Source: Octopus vulgaris (lineage: Eukaryota). From it: DNA of 64,000 nucleotides. The stretch covers positions 98,022,001 to 98,086,000 of the forward strand of contig OX597821.1 of the NCBI GenBank assembly GCA_951406725.2, read 5' to 3'. The notes below the pieces were generated by a model. It did no database searches and was not told the DNA's origin. It saw nothing but the letters and a program-made list of their open reading frames with translations. The translations under genes were made by a program, and so were the position numbers. Shown one piece after another: positions 1 through 13,922 of the stretch (its first letter is position 1; the number at the start of each line of letters is the position of its first letter).

Positions 1-2735
1 TCCTTCTTACACTAATACAAAACAGAAAATCAGCCCAGTTGCAGTCTTCTATATCTTGTAGTAGCCTGTTCATGTTAATATTCAGTTTCATTTCTCTATT
101 CCAAATTCCAAAATGAAGAATGAGTCTTAAATATGTTCATAACGGAAGCACTTACAGTTTTCTTTAAGAAAGTATTTACCAAAAATCATCTAGAAACCTT
201 GAGGCCTTGCTACCAATAGGTAAATTATTTGGCAAGGGTTCACAAAATGTGTACTAAGTGACTAAAACACATTTCAACATTTGTCTAACTTCAAGAGTTT
301 CAAATTATTTTGGCCAATTAGCATCAATGTTCCTGGTAAAAGCTTTCTCAGTGGAAAGTGGAATAGAGAAAGCTGTACAAAAGTTATTCTATAACTTTTG
401 TACAGCAATGCAGAAAGAACTGGCTAATGCAAATATGTCTCCACGTAATAAGTGTTCAGGATCATCAAGCAAAGGAGAGATTTGAACTTTGGTTGTTGTT
501 CTGAAGGTGTCAAAATCATTCTGTAGCTTTTCACTCAGTATTTCTTTTCAACTAATTGCTTTAGTTTTTCTGTATTTTGTTGCTGTAGACAATATCTGGA
601 AGGGATATCTGGCACAGAAAACCCAGGGATAAACAAATGAATGAAAATTCTGTTTTACAGTCAAGAAGTTTACAAGCCTTGCTAATTGTTCAGCATCATT
701 GGTAGGAGATCTCAGATAATTTAGGCATAAAGATCTTGTGATCTTGATAGATTTCCTATTGATCTGAGATTCCACAAAATAGCAATATTTATGTGAATAG
801 TCTTGAAGTTGAGATGCAGAACAGGTTCCAAATCTATCTGTTAAACATTTCTATGAAATCAACTGATCATTCCCACACACAAAACAGGTGAAGTGAAATC
901 AAATTAAAATATTTATCTTTTATTTGTATTACAGTACGTCAATTGATATCTATGAAACATTCATTCTCTACTAAAAGCAAGTTTCATTTGGAAAGATATA
1001 AGAAGCCAATTGCAGGTTAAAGGTCATCAAAATATGTACCCAATATTATTTTGAGTGGATGAATGGATAAATAGACAGATATAGGAAGGAAGGAACTTGC
1101 AGGAGGAGAAAACTAAGAAAGGCAGAGTAAAAATTATAGAAACTGATCTCTGGAATGTGAACCCCACAAAGAGAATAAGAAAAGACCATAAGAAGCAATG
1201 AGATGCAATACATAACTGAGAAGATCCATTTAATTTGTCCAAATATATATAAAAAAAAAAGAGCATAAAATAATGATAGCTGTGGTGGTGATAAGGACAA
1301 TGATGTATGTAGGTGTTTATTCATTTTCCACTACCATTATATCTGAATAATCACCTTGAAGAACTTCAAAAATACAGAAATGAATGAATAAATTCTGTTA
1401 TGTGTATTGAATACAACACACACACACATGTATATCATCATCATCATCATCATCATCGTTTGGTATCCAATTTCCATGCTAGCATAGGTTGGAAGAGTTG
1501 TTGCTGTTCTCCTATGAGTCAAAGGATTATATCTTGCTTTTAAGTTTCATTATTTGCCCACTCAAATTTAAGACCTTGTGCCTACATCAGAAAATATTTT
1601 TAGCTTGGTTTCTACAGCTAGATGCTGTTCTTAACAGCAACCACTTATTAGAGAGTACTGGGTGCATTTTTGTAGCACCAGCACTGGGGAGGGTGCTCTC
1701 AACCCACATTTAACAGGATGCACAGGGTGCATAACTATGTAAGGACAAGGATGCAGATGCTCTTTGTTAGTGTGAAGTATTAGATATCTCTCCATCATCT
1801 AGTACACGTCACTGGTACATTTCTTCATGGGCTTCCATAAGGCATCCCCTGCTGACCATATCAAAATCCTTCATGTCAACAAAACTGTGCTGATCAATAT
1901 GTTGCTGTTAACATCTTACCAGGAGTTGGTGTGCTTCAAAGATCATGGGGGGGGGGGAGGGGATGTGTCAAGATGAGACAATATCTCCTTAACATCCTGT
2001 GATTGGCCCATCCAAATCATTTTGCAGAACAGCTCATTAACCACTGGCTCTCTCACCTGTGGTTTCACAAACTGTCTGCATTTATCAACATTATATCTTG
2101 GGCAATGATATTGGCAAGCCAGCTACAAATGGTTAAAGGTAACTGCTAAGTCTTAAGTTCTTTAAAGATTTGTCACTCTATGCATGTAAAGACTAGATTT
2201 TCGGTAGACTGTGCAGAGAAAACCCAATAATCAATGATTATGTTTTGATGGGGAGAAAGGGAAGACAATATCCAGCAATATTATTGTGGGTACTTATATT
2301 AGAGTATGATGACTACTCGGACATATCTTCAGTCGTTTTTTGCCTAAAGAATAGTAAGTCAAAAATGAGAGAGAGTAAGGTTGGTCATCTGGTGTAACTC
2401 TTCCTTACTACAATACATATCAAGATACTATAAAATTCCTGTGGCAATGGGAAAGCAGGAAACCAGTATGAAAGTCTTTTATGTTTATATACACTAACTA
2501 TAATATAACACTTGTTAGACGTTTACTCATAAATAGCAAATAACTAAGCATGTAACAAGTGTATTGTTTCAAAAGATATTTTAAAAATACATAATGTCTA
2601 AGTCTGTAATTAGTACATTTGAGTGTAATTACTTTAATGTTGGAATTACATATGCAGCTAATTAGCAGAAAGTAAAACATACAATAAGTACTACATACTA
2701 TATACAAGAGATGTACGGTATAAAGTATAACTCAC

Positions 2736-2887
2736 ATGCAATGTACAGTGATTGGTCCCTTTCCATTTTGTGACAGCCATTCTTGAACTTGATTGTATAA
2801 CCTAATTATTGAAGCAGTAGTGTTTGGAAGTTTCTGCATTCCAGGCCAGGCATTAAATTGAAACTGTTTGATAGCTCGTTCTTCGCC
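2736..2887 (-). CDS. RPTP D2 exon: GEERAIKQFQFNAWPGMQKLPNTTASIIRLYNQVQEWLSQNGKGPITVHC(M/I)
   Basis: attttcag|GGC...TGCAT|gtgagt; 152 nt, phase 0-2; QFQFxxWP and GPITVHC; the next exon was not found in 1-2735. Confidence 0.95.
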
Positions 2888-3508
2888 CTGAAAATATCAT
2901 TGTTTTGGAAAACATTTCATATGCCTTAAAAATATCATTACATCATTATAGAGAGAATAAGGTACATGAATATCAATTTAACAATGTTTATCCTTAAAAT
3001 ATTGTCATTACTATGTGTTGATTTTTTTAATAGGTTAGTCACAAGAGGGGCCCAGCAACTTTTACAGGTGCCTCCCAGACAAGTGAGATGTCTAGCCTGA
3101 AAAACAAAGAGTTATATTTAACTTGGGGAATGAAAAGAAATGGATTCCACAAGTAAACTAATGTATACCACATGAAGACAGCACCCTTCAGCAGTGTTAA
3201 TGTGATCCACTGGGTTAAGGCAGTGATTCCTATATTAATTTTGTTGTAGAACCCATGACAGTTTTCTAAAAGTCACAGCACCCCCTACCTTTATTTTATG
3301 GCTAATTCCTGCGATCCTAATTTTAATAAAATTAAATGAAACAAAATTTGTTTTGGACAGTAAAGTCATTCTTAAAAAAGAAAAATGACAAATCATTATT
3401 TTGAAAATGGTGAATGATATTCATTACCTAGTTTAAATAATTATCATCACCAGTGGTTCCACATACTACCATCAGAGATCAAGAAAAGGCAGCAGAATAG
3501 GTGAGATT

Positions 3509-3843
3509 ATCATCATCATCATCATCGTTTAACGTCCATTTTCCATGCTAGCATGGGTTGGACAGTTCAACTGGGGTCTGGGAAGCCAGAAGGCTGCGCC
3601 AGGCCCAATCTGATCTGGCAGAGTTTCTACAGCTGGATGCCCTTCCTAATGCCAACCACTCTGTGAGTGTAGTGGGTGCTTTTTACATGCCACCTGCACA
3701 GGTGCCAGACGAGGCTGGCAATGGCCACAATCGGATGGTGCTTTTTACGTGCCACCGGCTAGTTGGGGCGGCGCTGGCAACGGCCACAATCGGATGGTTC
3801 TCTTACGTGCCACCGGCAATGGTTTCACAGCTACAATTTCCAT
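3509..3843 (-). mobile_element. SINE-like repeat with RTE-type 3' end and (GAT)n tail (family A)
   Basis: Shares ...ccatgctagcatgggttggac... and the internal repeated gtgctttttacgtgccaccggc unit with at least five other copies in the window. Confidence 0.8.
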
Positions 3844-4336
3844 AATAGATAGCAATGTCTTACATTGGTTTGATGTCTTAAATTTCAAGAGGATGAGAAA
3901 TTGGCTACTGTTACTACATTGCTTGGTACTTATTTTACAAACCCTTAAACAAAGTCAACTGTGGAAAGTTTTGAATGAAGAGTACAAAGGAATGAAATTA
4001 ACTGCTCTTTGATATTTCATTCCAGCCCCTTACCATTTCTTATACTCCTCTGTTTTAGGCATTGAAAATATATAATTTCTTAAATAAATTAAAGCCAGGG
4101 ATTTATAGGAATGATATAGTTGACTGGTACATAATTTCATGACTGACAACAAAAGAATGATAAAGTCAACCCCCAGTAGAATTTGAACAGGAAAAAACAA
4201 AACAAGACTAAAGAGAGCACAGTGTTGTGTATAGAATTCTATTGTATTCATCACTTCATATCTTGATGTTGAAAATAAATTATATTCATAAAAATACATA
4301 AATGAAAGAGAGAAAAACAAACGCTAAAGTATTTAC

Positions 4337-4471
4337 CTTGCTTACATGACGCAACTGAAAAACCCTTACAGCTACAGTAGGGTCTATTTCAGATGATGAT
4401 AATAACTGTATGCTCAGTGGACCATGTTCCACTGTGTAGCCATATTCCTCTGGCCAATACAAAGCACATGT
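4337..4471 (-). CDS. RPTP D2 exon: TCALYWPEEYGYTVEHGPLSIQLLSSSEIDPTVAVRVFQLRHVSK
   Basis: tttgttag|ACA...AAG|gtaaat; 135 nt, phase 0-0; CxxYWP and GP motifs. Confidence 0.95.
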
Positions 4472-4682
4472 CTAACAAAAAACAAACAGAAATGATTAAA
4501 ACAGATATTGTGTGTAGGGAGAGAGAGAGAGAGCATCGAATAAGGTGGGTAGTGAAAAAAAGGGAGAATGAGAATTAGGCAACAAAAGAAGATGAAGGCA
4601 ACTGGTGTATAATAGAGGAAAATGAGCATCCCAGTTGTTTGTTTGGCATGACAATATACTCCTTGTATTGTATCGGCTATCT

Positions 4683-5317
4683 ATCTGTGGCTTTATATAG
4701 CTATGGTGTGACCTCACCTGGAATTTGCATCACTGGTCTGGAACCCCTATCTTGCCCAGGATATTAATCGTCTGGAAACCGTTCAGCGAGGTGCACCAAG
4801 AGAATACCCTCCATCAGGCATTGGCCATATTCTGAATGCCTTACTTCCCTGGACATGGATACATTGAAACTCCGACGTCTGGCAGCTGACTTGGCAGACA
4901 CCCATAAAATTATTAACCAACTTACAAACAATAACTCTGAGCACCTTTTCAAACTTCACCTGTCTAACACCCGTGGACATGTTTACAAAGTCAGAAAACA
5001 GCACAGCTCTCATGACTTTCAGAAACATTTTTTCACGCTAAGAGTTGCTGAAGCATGGAACAAAGTGCCGGCATCAGTTGTTAGTTGTCGGAGCACTGCA
5101 TCCTTCAAAACTTCCATGCTTCCTGAGATTCGCCAACACTACACCTGATTTTCTCCCCTCCATACACACGCAAGCATGTATCTGACTCATATACTGTTCA
5201 CTTTCTAGACATTTGTACATTACTGCATATGCTTTATACGCACTTTTGACAGGTTGTGGTGCACCTGAGTACTGTATACAATAATTTCATTATTATTATT
5301 ATTATTATTATCATTAT
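4683..5317 (+). mobile_element. CR1-clade LINE 3' fragment (family 1) with (TAT)n tail
   Basis: Translates to PHLEFASLVWNPY...LETVQR...RRLAADL...TRGH...FFTLRVAEAWNKVP, typical of the CR1 ORF2 C-terminus; ends in a TAT repeat. Confidence 0.88.
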
Positions 5318-5485
5318 AGTTATGATTCTACATTGCTGATACGTATACATTATTCAGATACAAAATTTTGAGGTAATAAGGGTTACTAAGCAGCAAGCCT
5401 ATAACTCTAGGTGCCTTACATATGTGAAAGAGAGATTGTAACTGAGTATGAAAGTGTTTTACTGGTGCTGATCAAAAGAATTTAC

Positions 5486-5620
5486 CTTATCATTGCGGTC
5501 ATAGTCATTCAGCATGACTACAGTGTCAGATTGATGATCATAAAGCAAGCGCCAGAAATCAGCTAAAGTCTTAGGTAAAGGCATTTGTGTTACAATGTAT
5601 GCGATCTGTCTGGTGTAACC
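5486..5620 (-). CDS. RPTP D2 exon: GYTRQIAYIVTQMPLPKTLADFWRLLYDHQSDTVVMLNDYDRNDK
   Basis: cacatacag|GGT...AAG|gtaaat; 135 nt, phase 0-0; TQxPLPxTxxDFWRL and VMLN, typical of D2. Confidence 0.96.
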
Positions 5621-6844
5621 CTGTATGTGGAGAAACCGAAAGAGAGAGAATTAATAAACATTGATAGCAAAATACCAACTTATATGATGTTTTAATTTAT
5701 TAAAACTATGCTGTTAGTTTTGAAAACAAATCATTATGTAAATGACTAATTATGGTTAAAAAAGGACAAGGGACTACTCTGAAATAGAATTAAATAAGAA
5801 GTGACATAAATATTGACAAATTAGGTTGGCGAAATAAGTTGAATTTAGAATACATCTAAATAGTAGAAAATATTAAATTAATAATTAATTATAACATCAA
5901 TATTTTGGATGGTTACTAAGAAATCATTACAGATATATCTCTCTGGTCCTGGTGTTTTATGGTATACTTTAGAGGAAGGCACAAGATTTGAGTGTACTGA
6001 TACATGTTCTGTCATTGATTGCCAGAGTGACAGTCGATCCTATTAATTATATCAGTTACTAGGTGACACAACATATGAGGAGATGCCTTGAGAACCATCC
6101 AACCCATGAAAGCAAATAAAAAAAACAGGTCATAAAATGAATGATGTTGTTGGCGATGCATAGATATACTGAATCAACATTCCTAACTCTCATGAAGTAA
6201 ACTCATCAAAGATTAAAGAAGACAAAAGATGATTATCAATACAATAAACACATTTGTGATCAATTCCATTTGGCTGTCTATAAGATTATTTAAGTACATT
6301 TATAGTAAATATTGATATTAAAATATTGCCTCTGGAAACTGTCCCAGGCAAGACATTAAACTGCATCTGGTGGTGAATGGGCTCCTGCTTTAAGGAGTAT
6401 GGAGTTAACCCTTAATCAGCAGGTTCACTCAGGCTTACGGTGGTAGTACCTCTCAAATTTTGCAGTTATAGATTAACAAAGCAGAAAATCATATTACGGT
6501 GCACTGGACTGGGTGGGTTACTGGCCTCAAGACATGTGTCACCCAGGCACTGATGTTCTGTTACATGAACCAGTCCACCAATCTAAGGGTTTTAAATAAG
6601 CCCTGTGTTTCAAGCATAAGCTTGGAAAAACAGGAGACTAGCAGAGTAAACTGTAAATAAACTGGTAGAAAGTAGATGGAAATTACTGCTATATCTTTCC
6701 CAAGAAAATTTATGAATTTTCAGTATGGAGATCCCTGATTGTTGACACCAGTAAGTAAGGCATGTAGGAAAAGAGAGAGGGATTAGAGGCTGTGCAGTTT
6801 CAGATATTCTTTAAAGAATATTCATTTTCAATGACGCATACACA

Positions 6845-8010
6845 TATGTATCAATAGTGCTACTCCAGAGCAGTGGAAAACTGCCAGTGGCATTCCTCAG
6901 TTCAAAAAGGGTGACTGCACGTTGCCTGTCAACTATCATACAGTCAGCTTTACTAGCTGCATCACCAAACTGATGAAATCCTGTGTCAGAGAAACACTCT
7001 GGAACTTCTGGAATTCTCACAGCCTTATCTGGCCCTCGCAAGTTGGGTTTATCCCTAACTCCAGCTGCTGTGATCAACTTATTGAGTTTCTTGAAGACAT
7101 CACCCGGGTCACTGATGGCAGCTCATGGGTAGATATTGTTTACCTTGACTTTGCAAAAGCTTTTAATTCTGTGCCATACAAAAGACTCTCCAATGGGTGT
7201 GAAAGATAATCTTTTTAACTGGTTAGAGTCCTTTATTCTCAGCCAAAAAGAGGTAGTCATGGTTCTAGGACAGCACGAGATGGGCATTACTGTCAGCAGC
7301 GATTTGCGCAGGACAACGCACATTTCTAAAATTGTCAAAAAGGCCAAGGGTGTCTTGGTATCACTGAGCAAGACTTTTGTCAGCTGCTCTCCAGCTATCT
7401 AAGGCTGTATATGGCTATGGTGCAGCCACACTTGGAATTTGTATGACCAGTCTGAAACCACTATCTTGCTTAGGACAGTGGCCTCCTGGAAACTGTTCAG
7501 AGATGTGCAACCAAGCGAATACCCTCCATCAGGCATCTACCATACTCTGAACGCCTTGCTTCCTTGAGCATAGATACATTGAAGCTCCAACGTCAGGCAA
7601 CTGACTTTGTAAACACCCACAAAATTATTAACCATTATGCCAAAAACCACCTTCAGCACCTTTTTGAGCTCTATATGTCTAACACACCTGGGCATGCCTG
7701 CAAAGTCAGAAAACAGCACAGCTCCCATGACTTTCAGAAACATTTTATTTCACACTCAGAGTTGCTGAAGCAAGGAACAAACTACCTGCCTCAATTGTTA
7801 GTTGTCAAGACATTGTGTTTTTTAAAACCGCCATGCTTCCTGAAATTCACTAACACTACACCTGATATCAACCCCTCTATATGCATGCGCACATATATAT
7901 CATGACTCATACACTGTTCTTTCCTGGCTTTTGTACATAATTCTATGAACTGTACATGCACCTTTGACGAGTTGTAATGCACCTGAGCACTATACATAAT
8001 AATTTCATTA
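6845..8010 (+). mobile_element. Degraded CR1-clade LINE (family 1), RT plus 3' end
   Basis: NYHTVSFTSCITKLM, QVGF and DIVYLDFAKAFNSVPY RT motifs; frameshifts; 3' part matches 4683-5317. Confidence 0.88.
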
Positions 8011-8572
8011 TATGTTGTGTGACTTTCAACTTCACTCTATGATTCTCATTCTAGAAGAATGCTCACTAATAGTTTTGTGGATCCCACCTACATTCGTCAC
8101 ACTTTCAAATATAGTAAGCCAATGAAGGTGGGGGAGGCTCACTCAACTTGCTAGAAACAGCAGCCAAAATATCTCCCAAATCACAGCCTACTGTCCTTAA
8201 AGAAAAAAAAGATACATTGGCCATGGTAATCCTAGATATACCTAGAAAGACAAAATGGCTGGAACATCTTTAACAGTAAGTTTGCCGGATCAGAGTTGTC
8301 ATGAAAGTTAAACAAGAACACTTTCAAATATACAAATTTTAGTGAATACTTTTTGGTCCTTTATGATACAAGCAATACTTATCAGTGTTCAATATATTTT
8401 GTGTAAACATCTTTAACTGCATTACTTCATACAGAATATTTACATCATCATGAAACAATCTTGATGCTATTCATCTTTTATACATTACAGGTTTAATTCA
8501 AAATGAGTAGACCATAGTCGTGACACACCCAACAAAAAAAAATGATAGAACAAAGCTTAGGTTGTAACTTAC

Positions 8573-8646
8573 AGGTAGAAAAACTGCATTAATATAGTCA
8601 TTGCAATCATCTGCCATTGTGTAAAGATATGGCCGACATCGGTTTG
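8573..8646 (-). CDS. RPTP D2 exon: ANRCRPYLYTMADDCNDYINAVFLP
   Basis: ttcaacag|CA...CCT|gtaagt; 74 nt, phase 1-0; RPYL and DYINA motifs. Confidence 0.95.
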
Positions 8647-10580
8647 CTGTTGAAGTATAAATGACAATGTTTAACTTTCTGATACAAATCACAGAGTATT
8701 TTAGTGAAAAATAGAAGTTCTGTAGAGATATAGAGTAAAAAGTAAACAATAATATCATCACAACTTTTCCTTTTGTCCTTTTGGGTCAATAAAATAAGTA
8801 CCAGTTGAACACTGGGGTCAATGTAATCAACTTACACCCACCCCTCTCCTGAAATTGCTGGCCTTGTGCCAAATTTTGAAACCAATAATTATAATGGTAC
8901 TAATTACCAAAACCACATATTTTGTGATGGTGAGATGTAGTCAATTAACTTTTGCATGTAATGCAGTTATTTTATCTTGTCTGGAAGAAATGGAAGGCTA
9001 ATCTGACATAAACATGATTTGAAATCAAAATGTAAAGACAAACATCTAAATATCACAGAGCCTTTTACTTGCCCCTCTACCATTTCTTACAATCCTATCT
9101 CCAACAAAATAGTATATATGAACAATAATAATTTGGAACAAGACACTGACTTTAGGAAGAACTGCAATTAACCCTACAAAATACTTATTTTATCCAACCT
9201 GGAGAAATAAAAAGAACCCAAAAGGATTTGAACTTATAATGAAGGTTGAATATTATTCAAATATTTCTGAATAATAATGATTTTTAAAATAGGTATAAAG
9301 CCACCAATTTGGAGAGAGAATATTATTAGTTATATCAACCAAATACTTGATTAGCACTGGCGAGATTTGAACACAGAATGTAAAGTGAAATAACTACATA
9401 ATATGTTTCGCCCAGCATTCTACTGACTGCTCCATAATACCCTCTCATCATCAGTATTATCATCATTTAGGACATAGATTGGAAAAACTATTTAGGTGTC
9501 ACACGTCGGATATTTTTTCCTAGTTGCCTCTGTTCTGTGTTCAAAGCCCACTGAGGTCATATAGTAGTGGGATCAATGCTATCAGCTAACTCCCTTTCCT
9601 CCAAATTACTGTACTTGTGCTTAAATTAGAAACAATGGTGATTATTTAGGTAAAAATGCCCTGTGACATTTATCTCAGCTGAGTTCAAATCTTGCTGAAG
9701 TCAACTTATAAGCGCATTATAAGCACAGCAAGTTAGCAGAATTATTAGAGCATCAGATAAAATGCTTTGTGATATTTGTTCCAGCTCTCTACATTCTGAG
9801 TTCAAATCCCACCAAGGTCAACTCTGCCTTTTATCCTTTCAAGGTCAATTAAATAAAGTACCAGCTAAGTGCTGAGTTCAAAGGTATTGACTAACTCCAA
9901 CCTCTCAACTACATCAAGTGGATTTAGTACTCACAATAAGTATTCATTCAATAAGTTCAGAAATTGAGATATGACTACAGGAGAACAGTCTAAAAGTGAT
10001 TAGAACAGATTAATAATCACTAACTATTGATGGCCCTGGGAATAACAGAAGCAAATCAGTGAAATGACTATGACATTGGACTACAAAGTCATATATAGTC
10101 AGTACCCCTGCAAGTATTTTAATTCTGTATTTATGAAGAAACTACAATTCTTCTTTGTGCTTCAACTTACTTAACTGTCAAGGTTAGGAAGCAAATGTGT
10201 TTATAACAATCCTTTATAAGAAAGTCAACAGTTCATTATTGTATATCATTTTGTTTTCAGATCTGTCAACCTTTTTTGTTACCAAATTGCTATTGAAATG
10301 CACTGGCCTTTGATTCATTTCAAAATAATAAGAAATTAGTAAAATAATTTTGTCAGTATTGATGTTCAGAACATAAATTAATATGATGTTTTGATACAAG
10401 ATTTTAAGATTTAAATCACTTTAAAACAGGGAGTTTACATCACAAGGCCAAGTGAAGTCTCAGACGAGATGGTATCAAAAAGGTTAAGCTGAGTTACCAA
10501 TTTTGGTGGCGATGTTCTTGTTGGCACAGCTTGACTCTCTGTACAGATAAAAAAAAACATTATTATTTTCTTCAAAGGAA

Positions 10581-10792
10581 GGCGGCAAACTGGCAGAATC
10601 GTTAGCGTGCTAGACAAAGTGCTTAGTGGCCTTTTGTCCATCTTTACATTCTGAGTTCAAATTCCGCTGAGGTCAACTTTGCCTTTTGTCCTTTTGGGGT
10701 CAATAAAATAAGTACCAGTTGAGTACTGGAGTCAATGTAATCAATTTACCTCCTCTCCTAAACTTGTAGGCCTTGTGCCAAAATTTGAAACC
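10581..10792 (+). mobile_element. tRNA-derived SINE (family C) with an approximately 16-bp target-site duplication
   Basis: tggcagaatcgttag (A-box-like) and gagttcaaattcc (B-box); flanked by attttcttcaaa(a)ggaa at 10565-10580 and 10793-10809. Confidence 0.8.
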
Positions 10793-10913
10793 ATTTTCTT
10801 CAAAAGGAAATAATTTCATAGCTCCCTGTTTCCCTTTGACTCTCCTTTCTTGAACACTTTGAAGTCTTGACTGAGTTTATATTAAACACAGCCTAATGTA
10901 AACAGAATCTCAC

Positions 10914-11013
10914 CTGGCAATATATTCTTAAACCTATTTTTAGAGAGATTTTCACTTTCAAGAGCTGCACGGTATTCATCTCGAGGAACTGGTTGACACA
11001 GTTGATATAATAC
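10914..11013 (-). CDS. RPTP D2 exon: VLYQLCQPVPRDEYRAALESENLSKNRFKNILP
   Basis: aatttcag|GTA...CCAG|gtgaga; 100 nt, phase 0-1; KNRF. Confidence 0.94.
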
Positions 11014-11842
11014 CTGAAATTAGAGAAGAGACAGAATTTTGAAAGGATTTAAATATTTAAGAACCCCATCCCCACTTCACTCCTAACCTCTTCTTGAAAC
11101 ATGTACCAATAGTACCTTTTTACTGTTGAGGACTGAACCAGTGAAAACTGAGAAAATATTCAGTATTCATTTCCAACTTACTAGAGAGACTGTTCTTTGT
11201 TCTCAAGCCATCCATGACCTCTCACATTAAAGTGCTCAATATAGATCATATTTGCATTGTTATAGAAATGGTAAGTTGAGATTTCACTAGGTAAATAATC
11301 TACCAGTTTTATATAAAAACATGAAATTGTATTTCAATCACCAGATTCATATAGCCAAAAGACAAGAAAAGTTACATATATTAACTTCCACTCATCTTTG
11401 CAAATTCCAGATTATTTTAGAAATTAAGTTGAAACACATAAGCAGTATGTGCTAATTAGAAATATGATAATATGTTTCAGTATGTCTCTTAAATTGAAAC
11501 ATAGTCATAATTTGAAATATGGTTATGGGAACATGAGATTTGACATAAGGAAATCTTGTTTCCTGATGATTTTTGTTTCAAAGTTATCTGGGTTCGAAAT
11601 TAATCTAGATGCAAAGACAATGAACTTTCAAGATTAATCATGTTGCAAAATTAATTTTATTGCTTAGAAATATAGGCTTGAAAATTTTAAGCATGAATTC
11701 TATCTTCAACTTATAATAGTACAGGTATGATGAGTGGGTAGATAATGAAACTTTCATTAAATACATAAAAATGTGTTTTTGACATTCATCACTAACAGAA
11801 CAAACAAAACACCAAAAATAGCAAATTTTCACAAGAGCTTAC

Positions 11843-11992
11843 TTTAAATTGATCCTCTATATTACTCAAAAATGAATCTTTATTTGGAAGACACCATTTC
11901 TGGTACGTCTCATTAAACATTGATCTTGGAATGGTAGTTTCACCAGCCATAGTGGCTTCTAACAAAGCATCATACACAAATATGTACTGGTC
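11843..11992 (-). CDS. RPTP D1 Q-loop / D1-D2 linker exon: DQYIFVYDALLEATMAGETTIPRSMFNETYQKWCLPNKDSFLSNIEDQFK
   Basis: ctctttag|GAC...AAA|gtaagc; 150 nt, phase 0-0; QYxFxYxALLE and GET linker motifs. Confidence 0.96.
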
Positions 11993-13922
11993 CTAAAGAG
12001 AGAAAATGAAAAAAGAGATAGAATTAAGTGTGTTGGTATTTACACAGCATGATCAAGATGTAGGAAGTTTTGTTTGATAGAGCTAAAAGCTGAAGTATAA
12101 AAGCTAAAACAAAGCTATGACAAATACTATGGATTAACACAATTAAAACAGTTTTAATAATATAGGCTTGGTTTCAACATTTATTTTACAGTTCATTCAT
12201 TTAGGATATGGCTAACATTCATAACAGAAGCTTTTATATAACATCTCTCTCTCTCTCTCTCTGGTTTTCTACATTCTTGAAGCAGAAAGCCCTCAAGTAA
12301 CTCTAACTGCCACAAACATAACAGCAGGGCTTTCTACCTTGCGCTATTAGCTCCATTGCTTATGTGTTTGTGTCAATCACAAGGTACAGATCCACAATGG
12401 CTCTGTAGTCTTGAGAAGACATAAGAACTCACAAGTCCATACTTGCTCCATGCCACTCTTCATCACCTCTGCATTTACCCCACCATATTGTGCCACAAAG
12501 ATGATAAGCAAGTTGTTCAATGCTGCTGCCAATACCCCTGGCAGTAACCTTGGTATTACACAGATATGTGTACAATGGTATGGGCCTATGCGCAGATATT
12601 TCAAGTATAATTTTTGCCTTATGTTTCACTTTAGGTCAGGAAGTTCAGATAGATAGGCCCATAAACCATGTCCTGGTCAATGAATTAGATGCCAGTCCAG
12701 ATATCAGACAGTGGCTCCTTTAGCTGATCTCTCAAGAGCATAGAGAAAACACTCTCGCTTAATGAAATTTAAAAGGAAGGATTAAAGAGGGCTGAAAGGC
12801 AAATTTGACCTTGGCAGGAGTGGAACTTAGAATGTAAAAAACCAGAACTAAATATTACAATATTACCTCTCCATCATGCTTCAAGCTGTGAACCCCCAAC
12901 TCTTCATTGATCCACATACTGTAAGATATACTTCTTTTTAATTCATGCATTAAATGACTTTTACTACAACATGTGTAATAGCTGCACTCTTTACAGAACA
13001 CATATCTGGAATTGTTTTGTAATTCTGCAGTCATGAGAGCCTCTTTGTCGATTGTGATCACACCCGACCACATATAACTGAGAGTGAGCACTGACCACAT
13101 TTTATACTCCATCAAGAAAGTGACCAGAAACCAAGAGTTGACATTATCACCAATATCTTGATTAGTGACTCCTGTGTTTCTCCATCCAATATACTATAAG
13201 AGAAATTTATAGTCAGGAGTGTTTCTATCTGAACTTGTGCTTCCTTTGCTTCCTATAAATGATATTTCTTTAACTGTGTCATCGAAGATTATCTCCAGTG
13301 ACTCCCTAGCGAACACAATGAAATCCTTCATAGTTTTACAAAGTCCAGCTATTTTAGACTTTTTTTTTTTTGCCTTTCCATGAAATTTGTTGTTATAGAG
13401 AAATAATCTACTGAATAACAAAATACCTCCATGCTGTAGTTTTTTCTTCAAAATGTTTCTTTTATTTAGTAGAATGTTTACAAAAGATGTTCTAGATCCA
13501 GATTCAAGTCACCTCCACTTGCAGCTGTATGCATGAATGTCACTACCAATATTTTTATCATTATTGTCATTATTAGTAACTGAGCCATTAACAGCACTTA
13601 TTGAGAATACTAAAATTTTTATTATTTTTTAAACTGTTAGCATTTTGTTTAATGATAATTTTGTTTTCTGGATTTTTCATTTTTTAATCTTTTCTTCAGA
13701 ACATGTGTATTCAAAAAGTCATTTTTCTGTACATGTATAAATGTGATAGCAAAAAAGCTGTAAACAAAAAGCCTCAATGTATTCTGCAATAATGCCACAC
13801 AATGAAACAGATATTAATCCCTTTTTTTTTTCTTTTTTTTTAGACGGCCAAAATGTAATCCACAAATATGACCTCAAATAAAAGACATCTTGCAAGAGCT
13901 AGCAACAATAACAAATACTTAC

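Noticed and set aside
3558-4012. Recurrent ORFs with QSDLAVFLQLDALPNANHSVSVVGAFYVPP (also at 24768, 58185, 58844, 60123, 60363)
   Set aside because: Chance frames in a high-copy SINE-like repeat; frames and ends differ between copies.
12860-13530. Possible LINE endonuclease relic on the minus strand (GGDLNL...SFIGSKGSTSSD); similar faint relics at about 1800-2160, 17560-18250 and 51240-51900
   Set aside because: Too degraded to bound or classify by eye.
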